Shown in pieces: positions 40,890 to 49,099 of a DNA stretch of 64,000 bases. The stretch comes from a virus: positions 1 to 64,000 of IMG/VR virus record IMGVR_UViG_3300043446_003513. One strand, given 5' to 3'. A program made the translations under genes and the position numbers. Each line of letters opens with the position of its first letter. The stretch's first letter is position 1. The notes under the pieces were generated by a model. That model was not told the DNA's origin. It was given only the letters and a program-made list of their open reading frames with translations, and did no database searches.

Positions 40890-41038
40890 ATAGGTCTTCC
40901 AGGGCCTATTCATTATAGGTAAGGTGCCGCTACTAGGTCTATCACCGAGTGGCTAAGTAAGGCAAGCGTTCTTCCTTTCGTTTCGCTAGCAGCCTACCAC
41001 ATTAATCCCCGCAGCTTATGTTGCGGGGATCTTATTTT
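40890..41038 (+). ncRNA. Candidate ~150-nt sRNA with a loop-exposed anti-RBS sequence
   Basis: Own promoter and terminator (atccccgca/tgcggggat, 41005-41030); no credible ORF; loop ttcttcctttcgttt closed by gcaagcg/cgctagc. Confidence 0.65.
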
Positions 41039-41099
41039 GCCCATAAAAAATAGGGTAACAACTTTGTCTTACGGAGTCAAGTTCAATTTTCCCGAAATT

Positions 41100-41115
41100 T
41101 GTGATAACGATCACA
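41100..41115. promoter_or_regulatory. CRP/GlxR-type site
   Basis: TGTGA-taacga-TCACA, perfect consensus. Confidence 0.55.
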
Positions 41116-41178
41116 CGAAATTGGGTGGACAATTGTCAGTGTCTTGATATATAATTATGCCATAACGAAAGGAAAATT

Positions 41179-41427
41179 ATGGAAGAAGTATATGTTGAAA
41201 GAGTAGAATCTTTAGTTAACTATATAGAGATACACTTAACTAGTTTACAGCAAGACCTAGATAAACTATCTGAGCAAATGGAAAAGTATGATGAGGATTC
41301 TAAGGCTCACCGCTCTATGGATGAAGAGTATCTTTATTTAAGTGGACAGATTACTGCCGCCAGCCATTTATTGTCGGTGGTCAATGATACAATGGTCACC
41401 TGGAAAAGGGAGAAAAATAATGGCTGA
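41179..41427 (+). CDS. Early hypothetical protein
   Basis: RBS aacgaaaggaa. Confidence 0.7.
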   Translation: MEEVYVERVESLVNYIEIHLTSLQQDLDKLSEQMEKYDEDSKAHRSMDEEYLYLSGQITAASHLLSVVNDTMVTWKREKNNG

Positions 41428-41659
41428 TGTTTCATTCTTAGAAAATGAAAACCAAATGGTAATTGACGCAGAATTACAAACAATTGCCGAACAACTACTA
41501 GAGGACTGGCTCTATGAAAATTTGAATGAGGGTCAATTTTATGCTGATTGGCGTATTGCTTCTATGTCTGATAGTAATTACTTAAAAGGTAGATTTAATC
41601 AATTCTATAACTTACAGCCTGATAGCGATTATTATATTGAGTGGGATGAGGAGAAGTAA
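41420..41659 (+). CDS. Early acidic hypothetical protein
   Basis: Start ATG 41420 after gggag. Confidence 0.65.
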   Translation: MADVSFLENENQMVIDAELQTIAEQLLEDWLYENLNEGQFYADWRIASMSDSNYLKGRFNQFYNLQPDSDYYIEWDEEK

Positions 41660-41807
41660 TGTTAGGTTATAACTATCAAGATATACAAGATATGGGTGTT
41701 GGATTATCATGGGCTATTGATAATGCCCCCGCTGATATGAAAACTAGTTTATTAGAAATATGGAATTTCTTTGAAGGACTACTAGCAGAAGGGTATGTTG
41801 CAGAATA

Positions 41808-41999
41808 ATGGAAGATGAAGAATTATTTACTTTCTTTGCTACTATGTATGATAAGTTTGGTCAATTTGCTGTAATTGACTTTGTTAGGTCCCGCCAAGAA
41901 AATATGCAGTTACAACATATTCATTGGCAAGACTGTAATGGTTGTGACTGGCACACCCCTTATTTAAATACTAATTGTTTGGTTTGTGGAGGATACTAA
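41808..41999 (+). CDS. Small Zn-ribbon protein
   Basis: CNGC...CLVC. Confidence 0.6.
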   Translation: MEDEELFTFFATMYDKFGQFAVIDFVRSRQENMQLQHIHWQDCNGCDWHTPYLNTNCLVCGGY

Positions 42000-42277
42000 T
42001 GGGAAGCAATATGGCATATGAGTTAGCAAATTCTGATCTAAGTATGGAAAGGGCTATTGGATATCACTTACAGGGTAATCATTATCCACCCGTCCCGCTC
42101 ACCATGGTCCAACCTTGCCTTGATGCAATTCAAGCATATTGGGAAGATGAAATAGATAGGGAGATTGCAATGCCAGAGGGTGTCTCATATAAAGGTAGAG
42201 ATACCGCACCTGCCTGGGCAATAATCGAACAGCACCACCTTGACGCTTGGATATCTCATGAGGAGGAATATGACTGA
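41999..42277 (+). CDS. Early hypothetical protein
   Basis: HLQGNHYPPVP...AIIEQHHLDAW. Confidence 0.65.
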   Translation: MGSNMAYELANSDLSMERAIGYHLQGNHYPPVPLTMVQPCLDAIQAYWEDEIDREIAMPEGVSYKGRDTAPAWAIIEQHHLDAWISHEEEYD

Positions 42278-42440
42278 GACATTAATAGATCTAGTTGAAC
42301 ACATAGAAGAACAAATTAAGTTATACGAGGATGACCTTGATATGACCACAGAGGAAGATATGGCCTCATTCTACCAGGGCCAACTGGAAGCATATGAGGA
42401 TTGTTTAATTAAATTAAAGTATATCTTGGATATGGACTAA
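42270..42440 (+). CDS. Early acidic hypothetical protein
   Basis: RBS gaggagg. Confidence 0.6.
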   Translation: MTETLIDLVEHIEEQIKLYEDDLDMTTEEDMASFYQGQLEAYEDCLIKLKYILDMD

Positions 42441-42540
42441 GATCTTAAGGGCAAGAAAAATTGCTTACGTATTTATGTCAAAATGCCCTTGACGGGTTTG
42501 CAAATTCAATATATAATATTAATATAGCGAAAGGATAACA

Positions 42541-42813
42541 ATGGAAACTTTAACACTGGACCCCCGTCTTCAACGACAGGTTGAACTTGGGAGCTCTGGC
42601 CTAGATATCATTCATGGCGAGCTGAAGAATCTCATGTTACAAGCAGAAGTACATTTAGAAGCTGCCAGGGAGGTTGAGGAGGAATCTGGCTCTGCAATTG
42701 ATTCCATGGAGCGGACGTACTGGGAGGGACACCTAGACGCCTTGTCAGATATCTACAGTCTCACATATGCATTGGCATTCGAAATTCAAGAAAGGGATTC
42801 TCGTGAAGTATAA
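42541..42813 (+). CDS. Early hypothetical protein
   Basis: RBS cgaaagga. Confidence 0.65.
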   Translation: METLTLDPRLQRQVELGSSGLDIIHGELKNLMLQAEVHLEAAREVEEESGSAIDSMERTYWEGHLDALSDIYSLTYALAFEIQERDSREV

Positions 42814-42982
42814 AGTATACGGTCGTAAGAACCAAGATTTTATAATTACAGTAAATGCTACAAGTCCTGAGGAGGCTGCAAGCATTGCAAATGGAATGTC
42901 TTCACATCTATGGACTGAGATTGAAACGGACGACGTCATCGAAGCAATTGACGTTGTTGACTATGAATTGGGGAATCGATAA
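42803..42982 (+). CDS. Early hypothetical protein
   Basis: GTG start; V.A.SPEEA..IA motif. Confidence 0.55.
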   Translation: MKYKVYGRKNQDFIITVNATSPEEAASIANGMSSHLWTEIETDDVIEAIDVVDYELGNR

Positions 42983-43223
42983 TGGAGACTACTAAGGCCC
43001 ATATCTCAGACGTTTTAAAGAAGGTCCAGTCCCTTATGGACTCAGGATCCCTGCACGAGCTGGATGAGGCCTATAGCCTCATCTCAGATTTAATTAATGA
43101 TATCGAGATGTCCTAATTGGGGGCGGAAAAACCCAGTTACGGAAATAACTAAATATAGGCGGAAAGCTGTTTACAAATCCTTGTAAATGGTATATAATTA
43201 AAAAGATCATGAAAGGATCTAAA

Positions 43224-43367
43224 ATGACAACAAAGCGAGAATATCTAAAGTCCAAGGGAATCACAGTTGGAGCCCGTGGCCGTTTTTCAGGTGCAGCTAA
43301 GCAAGCCATTCAAGAGGCTTTGCAAAAGGGTGTAACCTTCACAGATGAGAAGGCCCCACGCAAGTAA
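43224..43367 (+). CDS. 47-aa Lsr2-like DNA-binding mini-protein
   Basis: MTTKREYLKSKGITVGARGRFSGAAKQAIQEA resembles the Lsr2 C-terminal RGR AT-hook domain; promoter TTTACA-N17-TATAAT, RBS gaaagga and a downstream terminator. Confidence 0.65.
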   Translation: MTTKREYLKSKGITVGARGRFSGAAKQAIQEALQKGVTFTDEKAPRK

Positions 43368-43380
43368 CCTGAACTAATAC

Positions 43381-43420
43381 GGAGGGATGGTTGAGGAGAC
43401 TTGCCATCCCTCCTTTCATT
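43381..43420 (+). terminator. Intrinsic terminator
   Basis: ggagggatgg...ccatccctcc then ttt. Confidence 0.55.
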
Positions 43421-43449
43421 TGGTAGAATTGAACATTTGAGAGGCGGAC

Positions 43450-43728
43450 ATGAAGAAAAAGATACCTGAGGCAAAAGTAGTAGAGGCTCTAGCAAGCCTA
43501 TTAGATAATTACTGGTTCAACCCCAAGATATTCGCAAATCTAATTGTTAACGAATATCCACTATATACCCAAGATAAACTAACTGAGTTAATTGTAGAGA
43601 TAGTAAGATATCAGAAGCAACGCTTCTCACACGAGTTGGAGCACGGTGAGACGTCTTCGGGACTGCTCTTCTCCGAGTACATTGGGTCCATTATCGAAGC
43701 AAATGAGGGCAGCAATGGCCAGGGCTGA
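43450..43728 (+). CDS. Hypothetical protein
   Basis: 92-aa ORF. Confidence 0.65.
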   Translation: MKKKIPEAKVVEALASLLDNYWFNPKIFANLIVNEYPLYTQDKLTELIVEIVRYQKQRFSHELEHGETSSGLLFSEYIGSIIEANEGSNGQG

Positions 43729-43909
43729 ATTCGATAGCTTAGGAAGAAGCAATCGGCTCAAAAGAGGCAAGCGGGCCCAGGATAAAGACTATGCATGGCA
43801 AATGACTAAGAAGATAATTGATCGGCGGAAGGCCGATAAACAAAAAGAAATAGATCTCTATAATGAACTTTGTGGTCCAGTAACTATAACATATATAGAT
43901 AAGAACTAA
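43715..43909 (+). CDS. Basic hypothetical protein
   Basis: Start ATG 43715. Confidence 0.55.
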   Translation: MARAEFDSLGRSNRLKRGKRAQDKDYAWQMTKKIIDRRKADKQKEIDLYNELCGPVTITYIDKN

Positions 43910-43927
43910 TTAGATATATCTTCCCCT

Positions 43928-43960
43928 TATGCCCAAGTTTTATTGCTTGGGCATATTTTT
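43928..43960 (+). terminator. Terminator closing the early region
   Basis: tatgcccaag...cttgggcata then ttttt. Confidence 0.65.
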
Positions 43961-44297
43961 ATGGGCAAAATCAAGGGCCAAATGTCTGCTTTACGACATA
44001 TGATCAAAAATCCCAGAAATTTACATATAAATCTATCAATATGTCGACAAATCTATATAGAATTATACCAATTTAGATCTAAATCTGCTAAAATTTAGTC
44101 AAAATATGGGCCATTTTTCTCGTTTACGAGGGCATATAAAATGTCCCTGAACGGTACAAATTGGACATATATGGACAAAGTGGAGCAAAATGGTATTAAG
44201 TGGGGCATTATGGGGTGGCTCAATTACTCATATATAAATTTGTCGATATATCTCTAGTAATTAGACCAATATCTATAGTCATTTAGATCATAGGATA

Positions 44298-44555
44298 CTA
44301 GTCAGAATAGCCTTTAAAGGGCTTATAAGGCCATTTAAGAGGGCGGGAGAATCTCTTGATAGTGTTCTCTTTTGGCTCATTTGATGAATTTTTATCAAGG
44401 CTATTAAGCCTTCTAATGGCATCAGTATAGCCTTTGAGAACAGTCTCGTAATTGGCATTTAATTTCTCGTATTTGGAATATATCATAATATACTGTCCTA
44501 CGATATATATAAAGGCTATTGTAGTTATTATAGATACTACTTGGTAGATTACCAT
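44298..44555 (-). CDS. Small membrane protein
   Basis: N-terminal TM helix plus coiled coil. Confidence 0.55.
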   Translation of the reverse strand: MVIYQVVSIITTIAFIYIVGQYIMIYSKYEKLNANYETVLKGYTDAIRRLNSLDKNSSNEPKENTIKRFSRPLKWPYKPFKGYSD

Positions 44556-44740
44556 TGAGCTTCCCCGTCCCATTCTGCCAGAATTTCCATGGCTTTTATG
44601 AGGCTAGTTTCTGGGATGTCATTAAATAGGATACGGTTCTTTTCTGTATGCCTAGTCCAGCCCCGCCATCCCTGCCTATCCTGCCACATTTTACTGGCAG
44701 TATTATGACGATCCAAAAGATGATTATTTATTGTATCCAT
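44549..44740 (-). CDS. Hypothetical protein
   Basis: RBS ggag; coupled ORF. Confidence 0.5.
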   Translation of the reverse strand: MDTINNHLLDRHNTASKMWQDRQGWRGWTRHTEKNRILFNDIPETSLIKAMEILAEWDGEAQW

Positions 44741-44879
44741 TTATCTCCATCCCAATTCTTTTTAGCCCATTCTGCAACGAAGTCTGCCGAATCTACGCAT
44801 GGTCTACATAGCCAAAGCATCTTATCTCCGTCCTGGTAAGCGTAGCTTCCCTTTCGGAGGCATGTGTCGCATCTAGTCA

Positions 44880-45077
44880 TCATAAAATTTCCTTCTCTCG
44901 CGTCGCACTTTTCGCACTTTCTGTCGAATTGTGATCTAATTTAACTATATGGTAATTATTTTTCTCTAATATATACATAATGAATTTAGCCATCTGTCTA
45001 GGCTCGTCTGGAAGCCCATATTGATATTGATGATATAAGCCTTCCTGTAATATATAGAATGGAGTATCTTTATTCAC
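44880..45077 (-). CDS. Hypothetical protein
   Basis: Coupled ORF. Confidence 0.5.
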   Translation of the reverse strand: MNKDTPFYILQEGLYHQYQYGLPDEPRQMAKFIMYILEKNNYHIVKLDHNSTESAKSATREKEIL

Positions 45078-45268
45078 TTTACATCCTTCATAATAAAAGC
45101 CGCTGCTTCATCGTAGCCAGCCTCTACTAACATATCCGCCACTGTTTCCCTTTCAAGCTTACGAGCCTTTGTACAGCCGCTGCAAGGGCATTTCCAGGAC
45201 GTCTTCCTGTAGGTTATTTGATCCCTGGGTGGTCTTAAATGATCCGTCTCTGCCGCTTCTAAATCCAT
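45074..45268 (-). CDS. Hypothetical protein with CxCxxC motif
   Basis: WKCPCSGC; RBS ggagg. Confidence 0.55.
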   Translation of the reverse strand: MDLEAAETDHLRPPRDQITYRKTSWKCPCSGCTKARKLERETVADMLVEAGYDEAAAFIMKDVK

Positions 45269-45309
45269 TTCCGCCTCCGTGTAAAGTATATAATATTAAA
45301 ATATTCTAG

Positions 45310-45498
45310 TCAACCACATTTAGGACATTGATATTTACTATGAACACATGATGGAAGTTTACGATAAATACTAAAATCATTTAACCAAGATATAATTACT
45401 GTGGTAGTAGTATTGCATTGATTAGCTATTTCTTCTACTGATCTTTTTTGATTAACATATTGTTCTATTAACCATTTTTTGTCTGTAAATTTCGCCAA
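45310..45498 (-). CDS. Small HTH-like protein
   Basis: WL.EQY...KRSVEEIA.QC.T....I..WL. Confidence 0.55.
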   Translation of the reverse strand: MAKFTDKKWLIEQYVNQKRSVEEIANQCNTTTTVIISWLNDFSIYRKLPSCVHSKYQCPKCG

Positions 45499-45577
45499 GG
45501 GCTTTCCTCCGCCTCATCAATATAGTCATCCATATTTTTGGTGTGATCGATAGTACAATTTCCACATGCCCTACACA

Positions 45578-46135
45578 TCATGGCATAAAATATCCAGGAT
45601 GAGGAAATATATAATCCATATAGGCATATCTAGTTCCAGATAAAACCTCCTGAGTATAATGATTTGTTTCTGGTAAGTAATCAAATATTAATAAATCATT
45701 GTGTTCTGGCTTATATTTAAAGTTTAAGTTAGGAAATACTATTTCCCCTCCAGTAAAATCTCCTAAATACCAAGCTATTTTATAATCTATGAAGCTATTT
45801 GATTCATGTTTTGAAATTTCAGACTTTTGACCAGTTCTCAATCTTATAAAATTAATATGCTGATAGGTCCAATGTGTTGGTGCCAACATGTCTATTAATG
45901 GATCATGAACATCTTGATAACTTATTATATCAACCCCACATTTATCTTCCCAATAGGTTCCTTGTATATCGCCAGACTCATAGTTTTCATGTTCGTACCA
46001 AACACTTTCTGGGTGGGAATTCAATATAGATATATATTTGTCAGCTATCGACAAATCAAAAAAGTTTTTATATAAATATACATGATCATTTAATTTAATT
46101 ATTTTTTGATCTGTCAATAGCCGTGGAGTATTCAT
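45578..46135 (-). CDS. Degenerate 2OG-Fe(II) oxygenase
   Basis: YLGDFTGGEIVFP, NHYT, GTRY, but no clear HxD. Confidence 0.7.
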   Translation of the reverse strand: MNTPRLLTDQKIIKLNDHVYLYKNFFDLSIADKYISILNSHPESVWYEHENYESGDIQGTYWEDKCGVDIISYQDVHDPLIDMLAPTHWTYQHINFIRLRTGQKSEISKHESNSFIDYKIAWYLGDFTGGEIVFPNLNFKYKPEHNDLLIFDYLPETNHYTQEVLSGTRYAYMDYIFPHPGYFMP

Positions 46136-46136
46136 T

Positions 46137-46646
46137 TTAAGCCGATAAGATTTTTGAAATTGCATTTATTGTTGATGCAATTCTTCCAATATCTCTAAGT
46201 TGTTCCGTAGAGTATCCTTCTTGCTTTAAAGTGTCATAATGAGCTTTCACACAAAAATGGCACTTTCCAATTATTGATGCTACTAATGAGTAGGCTTCAA
46301 ACTTGCCCTTGGTAGTTCCGCCATGACTTGAAATAGCATTCATTCTTAATTGAGCTGGAAGACCTTTTAAGTCTTTATCTCCCGCCATCTCAATATACGG
46401 GTACCAAATATTATTTTGAGCCATTAATGATGCAGCAGTAAGAGCGGCATCTCTTTCAGTAACATTATCAGCGCTTGCTAAAATAAAAGTTAAAAGCTTA
46501 CTGTTTCCTGTAGCAAATGCAGCAGAAATAGATAAATACTTTGCTTCTTCTGGATCAATAGAAGATCTATTAATAACTGCATCTAGATTTAACTTAATAT
46601 CTTTAGCGTAATCAGGAATAGACTCTTTTAGTTGATCAACCCACAT
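46137..46646 (-). CDS. ahpD: Alkylhydroperoxidase AhpD
   Basis: IPDYAKDIKLNL, MAQNNIWY, SIIGKCHFCVKAH. Confidence 0.92.
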   Translation of the reverse strand: MWVDQLKESIPDYAKDIKLNLDAVINRSSIDPEEAKYLSISAAFATGNSKLLTFILASADNVTERDAALTAASLMAQNNIWYPYIEMAGDKDLKGLPAQLRMNAISSHGGTTKGKFEAYSLVASIIGKCHFCVKAHYDTLKQEGYSTEQLRDIGRIASTINAISKILSA

Positions 46647-47181
46647 TTAATGTGTCTCCACCCAAAGGTCTGTTGCATGCACAAAGTTCTCCAGTTTGCA
46701 AGGCGTCCAAAACTCTCAAAGCTTCGTCTGCATTGCGACCAACGTCTAGATTATTGCAAGTAACATGTTGAATAATATTATCTGGATCTACAATAAATGT
46801 TGCACGATATGTAACTCCAGATGAATGGTGAACGCCTAAATCATTTGCTAATTGGTGCGCCGTATCTGCAAATGACCAAGAATTTGTTTTTCTTAGATCT
46901 TCATGAGCATTTCTCCAGGCCACCTTACAAAATTCATTATCGACAGAACCAGTCATTAATACTGCATCACGGTCGTTAAAATCATTGACTAACTTATCAT
47001 ATGCAACAATTTCTGTTGGACATACAAAAGTAAAGTCTTTTGGATAAAAAACAATTATTTTCCATTTTCCAGGAAATGAATCTTGTGTAATAGTTTCGAA
47101 AGTTGAATCGTCATAAGTTAAAGCTCCTGGCTTAACACCAGTAACAGCAAAATCTCCTAATTTGCTTCCAACAGTTTTCAT
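46636..47181 (-). CDS. ahpC: Peroxiredoxin AhpC (actinobacterial type)
   Basis: FYPKDFTFVCPTE, GRN.DE.LRVLDALQ, ELCACN. Confidence 0.95.
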   Translation of the reverse strand: MKTVGSKLGDFAVTGVKPGALTYDDSTFETITQDSFPGKWKIIVFYPKDFTFVCPTEIVAYDKLVNDFNDRDAVLMTGSVDNEFCKVAWRNAHEDLRKTNSWSFADTAHQLANDLGVHHSSGVTYRATFIVDPDNIIQHVTCNNLDVGRNADEALRVLDALQTGELCACNRPLGGDTLNVG

Positions 47182-47232
47182 TTTTCTCCTTTGTGTAGGG
47201 TTTTAGTATACAAAATGTTTTTGTATCTGTCA

Positions 47233-47264
47233 AAAAAAATAATAGCTCGCATAAGCGAGCTATT
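47233..47264 (-). terminator. Intrinsic terminator
   Basis: aatagctcgc/gcgagctatt with T run on the minus strand. Confidence 0.7.
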
Positions 47265-47279
47265 ACTATAATGTTATTT

Positions 47280-47483
47280 TTATACTTTTCTGCGACCAGT
47301 CTTTTTTGGTTTAATTCCGCCAACGGGCCTTTCTCTACGAATGCCATGTCGGTTTCTATCTACAACTAATCCTTGTTTTGGATATTTTCTTGTAGCCTGT
47401 TCGCTTGTTACAGCTCCTGCTGGAGCTGAATTTGGTGGCGGAACCATTCCAGTTCCATCATCCTTTTTAAAATTTTCAGACAT
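47280..47483 (-). CDS. Small basic hypothetical protein
   Basis: RBS gagg; Arg/Lys-rich C-terminus. Confidence 0.55.
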   Translation of the reverse strand: MSENFKKDDGTGMVPPPNSAPAGAVTSEQATRKYPKQGLVVDRNRHGIRRERPVGGIKPKKTGRRKV

Positions 47484-47759
47484 TAATTAATCCTCTTCTG
47501 CATTTAAAGGATTTTCTAATTCTGACTCATTTTCCATTTCAGAAATTTCAAGATTCAATCCCTGATATGCTGCATTTGATCCAAGAGGGTTCATTGAGTC
47601 AGTAGAAAACATTCCACCAGAACGAATAACTTGAGGCTCTCCATTAATATTTTGTATCATTACATGTCCTCCTTTTTTGATTCGAGTGACATTGTCTTAG
47701 CATCTTTTAATGGTACACCCATAAAATCTTCGCTGTCACAACCACACATAGCGCACATA

Positions 47760-47963
47760 TTAGTTTCCTGCGCCGAAGTTACGAGTCTCTTCTACAGAGT
47801 GGACCATTTTGTTTGTTAATCCAGCTTCTCCCTGTGAAGACTTGTCTTGTGCTGCTGGGAATGATCCTGTCGCTGGAGAATAGTCTCCCGACGCATTAAT
47901 ACCATTTGTTCCTGCTGCACGACGATTTGCTGTAAAACCGTCCATGTTAATTCCGTTTGTCAT
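47760..47963 (-). CDS. Small hypothetical protein
   Basis: RBS aggag. Confidence 0.55.
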   Translation of the reverse strand: MTNGINMDGFTANRRAAGTNGINASGDYSPATGSFPAAQDKSSQGEAGLTNKMVHSVEETRNFGAGN

Positions 47964-48031
47964 TATATCTCCTATAGGTTATATTTAAGCGGGTCTAGAA
48001 GTCCGCTCATCAGTCTATTATAGCATTTAAA

Positions 48032-48709
48032 TCAACTAAAAGTACTTAGTTGGCCTAGGTCGTTTAAAGTAATTGGTCTCTCTTTTGGGTAAGAATTTGG
48101 TGGGGTATTTTTACCAGAACCAGGGGTGTCAGTTAAGAATATAACAACATTGTGTCTTTCCCCACTAATTATCTCAAAAACCTCGTGAGGAACTGATTTG
48201 TTCCCCTCAAAAAATATTAAGGTGCCTTCTTCTGGCTTCAATATTAAATTTTGTAAAGGAAAGGATATCTCTCCGCCAGAGTATTCGTTTGGATTATTTA
48301 AATACAAAAGAGCAGATTTATCATTTTCAAAACCAGGCCGTCCTTTAAAGCTTTCAGTAGTTGAGTCTAAATAATAATTATCCATGTGTAATTTATTTTT
48401 AGATCCTGGCACCATTTTGTTGTAATGTATATTTCTTACAAAATATCTTGATCCATATTTATCTGAAATTGTCTTTGCAATACATGTGGCAAGCATGGTA
48501 ACTAAATCTATTGCAATGTTGTAATTGCTATCAATTGTATATTCTGAAATTGGATTTCCGAGTTTTAAGTGATCTTCTGTTTGATTTTTTGAAAACCCGC
48601 CAAATACACCTGGATCTGGTGTTTCAACAGTATTTGGTCCAATTGTTTTGTATAAAAATTTTGCAGTATCTGAAGAAATATAACTTTTAATTATATTTAT
48701 TTCTTGCAT
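48032..48709 (-). CDS. 2OG-Fe(II) oxygenase
   Basis: LHMD, SALLYLN..EYSGGEISFP, PHEV, GER. Confidence 0.87.
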   Translation of the reverse strand: MQEINIIKSYISSDTAKFLYKTIGPNTVETPDPGVFGGFSKNQTEDHLKLGNPISEYTIDSNYNIAIDLVTMLATCIAKTISDKYGSRYFVRNIHYNKMVPGSKNKLHMDNYYLDSTTESFKGRPGFENDKSALLYLNNPNEYSGGEISFPLQNLILKPEEGTLIFFEGNKSVPHEVFEIISGERHNVVIFLTDTPGSGKNTPPNSYPKERPITLNDLGQLSTFS

Positions 48710-48909
48710 TATTTAACTTTGTTTCCAAATTTAGCCCAAATTCTTTCATGAATATAATACCCTATTGATTCCCACGCAATGTAAATTAAAGCCCCCAGGC
48801 TGGCATATTCCCATTCGCCAGTAAATAAATAAATTACTCCAGCAACGCCAATTAAATGAAAGGTTTCCCAACTTAATGTTTTTATTAAACTTTTTTTATT
48901 AGATTCCAT
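48709..48909 (-). CDS. DUF2061-like small membrane protein
   Basis: KSLIKTLSW...YYIHERIW. Confidence 0.7.
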   Translation of the reverse strand: MESNKKSLIKTLSWETFHLIGVAGVIYLFTGEWEYASLGALIYIAWESIGYYIHERIWAKFGNKVK

Positions 48910-49099
48910 TATATCCCCTTATATATTATTGTAGCATATTAATTAAGGTGAAATACTCTTACACAAAAAGCACATGGGTCTCCACCACTTTCCCATTGGT
49001 TCATTTCGTCATCATCCCATGGCGCTCCATCATGAGTGTCACAAAAAACATCTGATATCCAGCCTTGATCATATCCATATTTAATCCATTCGTCAAAAT

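Larger units (their letters stand above)
31883..41393 (+). promoter_or_regulatory. 13 promoters of TGTCRGTG-N8-TAnnnT type (PafBC/RecA-NDp-like)
   Basis: TGTC at 31883, 33265, 33809, 34350, 34560, 34883, 35618, 36607, 37637, 38872, 39414, 41134 and 41372, each exactly 12 nt before a -10 hexamer. Confidence 0.85.
32838..44147 (+). repeat. Dispersed rigid element CCC-N10-GG-N14-TTACG-N16-YCC (about 14 copies)
   Basis: Full copies start at 33090 (TTATG variant), 34283, 34493, 34791, 35571, 36537, 37568, 38804 and 41040; partial copies have TTACG at 32854, 42465, 43137, 43991 and 44124. Confidence 0.8.

Noticed and set aside
40944-40967. Minus-strand 7-codon ORF (TTG start) after gaaaggaa
   Set aside because: Very short and opposed to a strong plus-strand promoter-terminator unit; kept only as an alternative to the sRNA model
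32838-44147. Dispersed early-region repeats as a CRISPR array or integron attC sites
   Set aside because: Not regularly spaced, not palindromic, and no cas or integrase gene in the window
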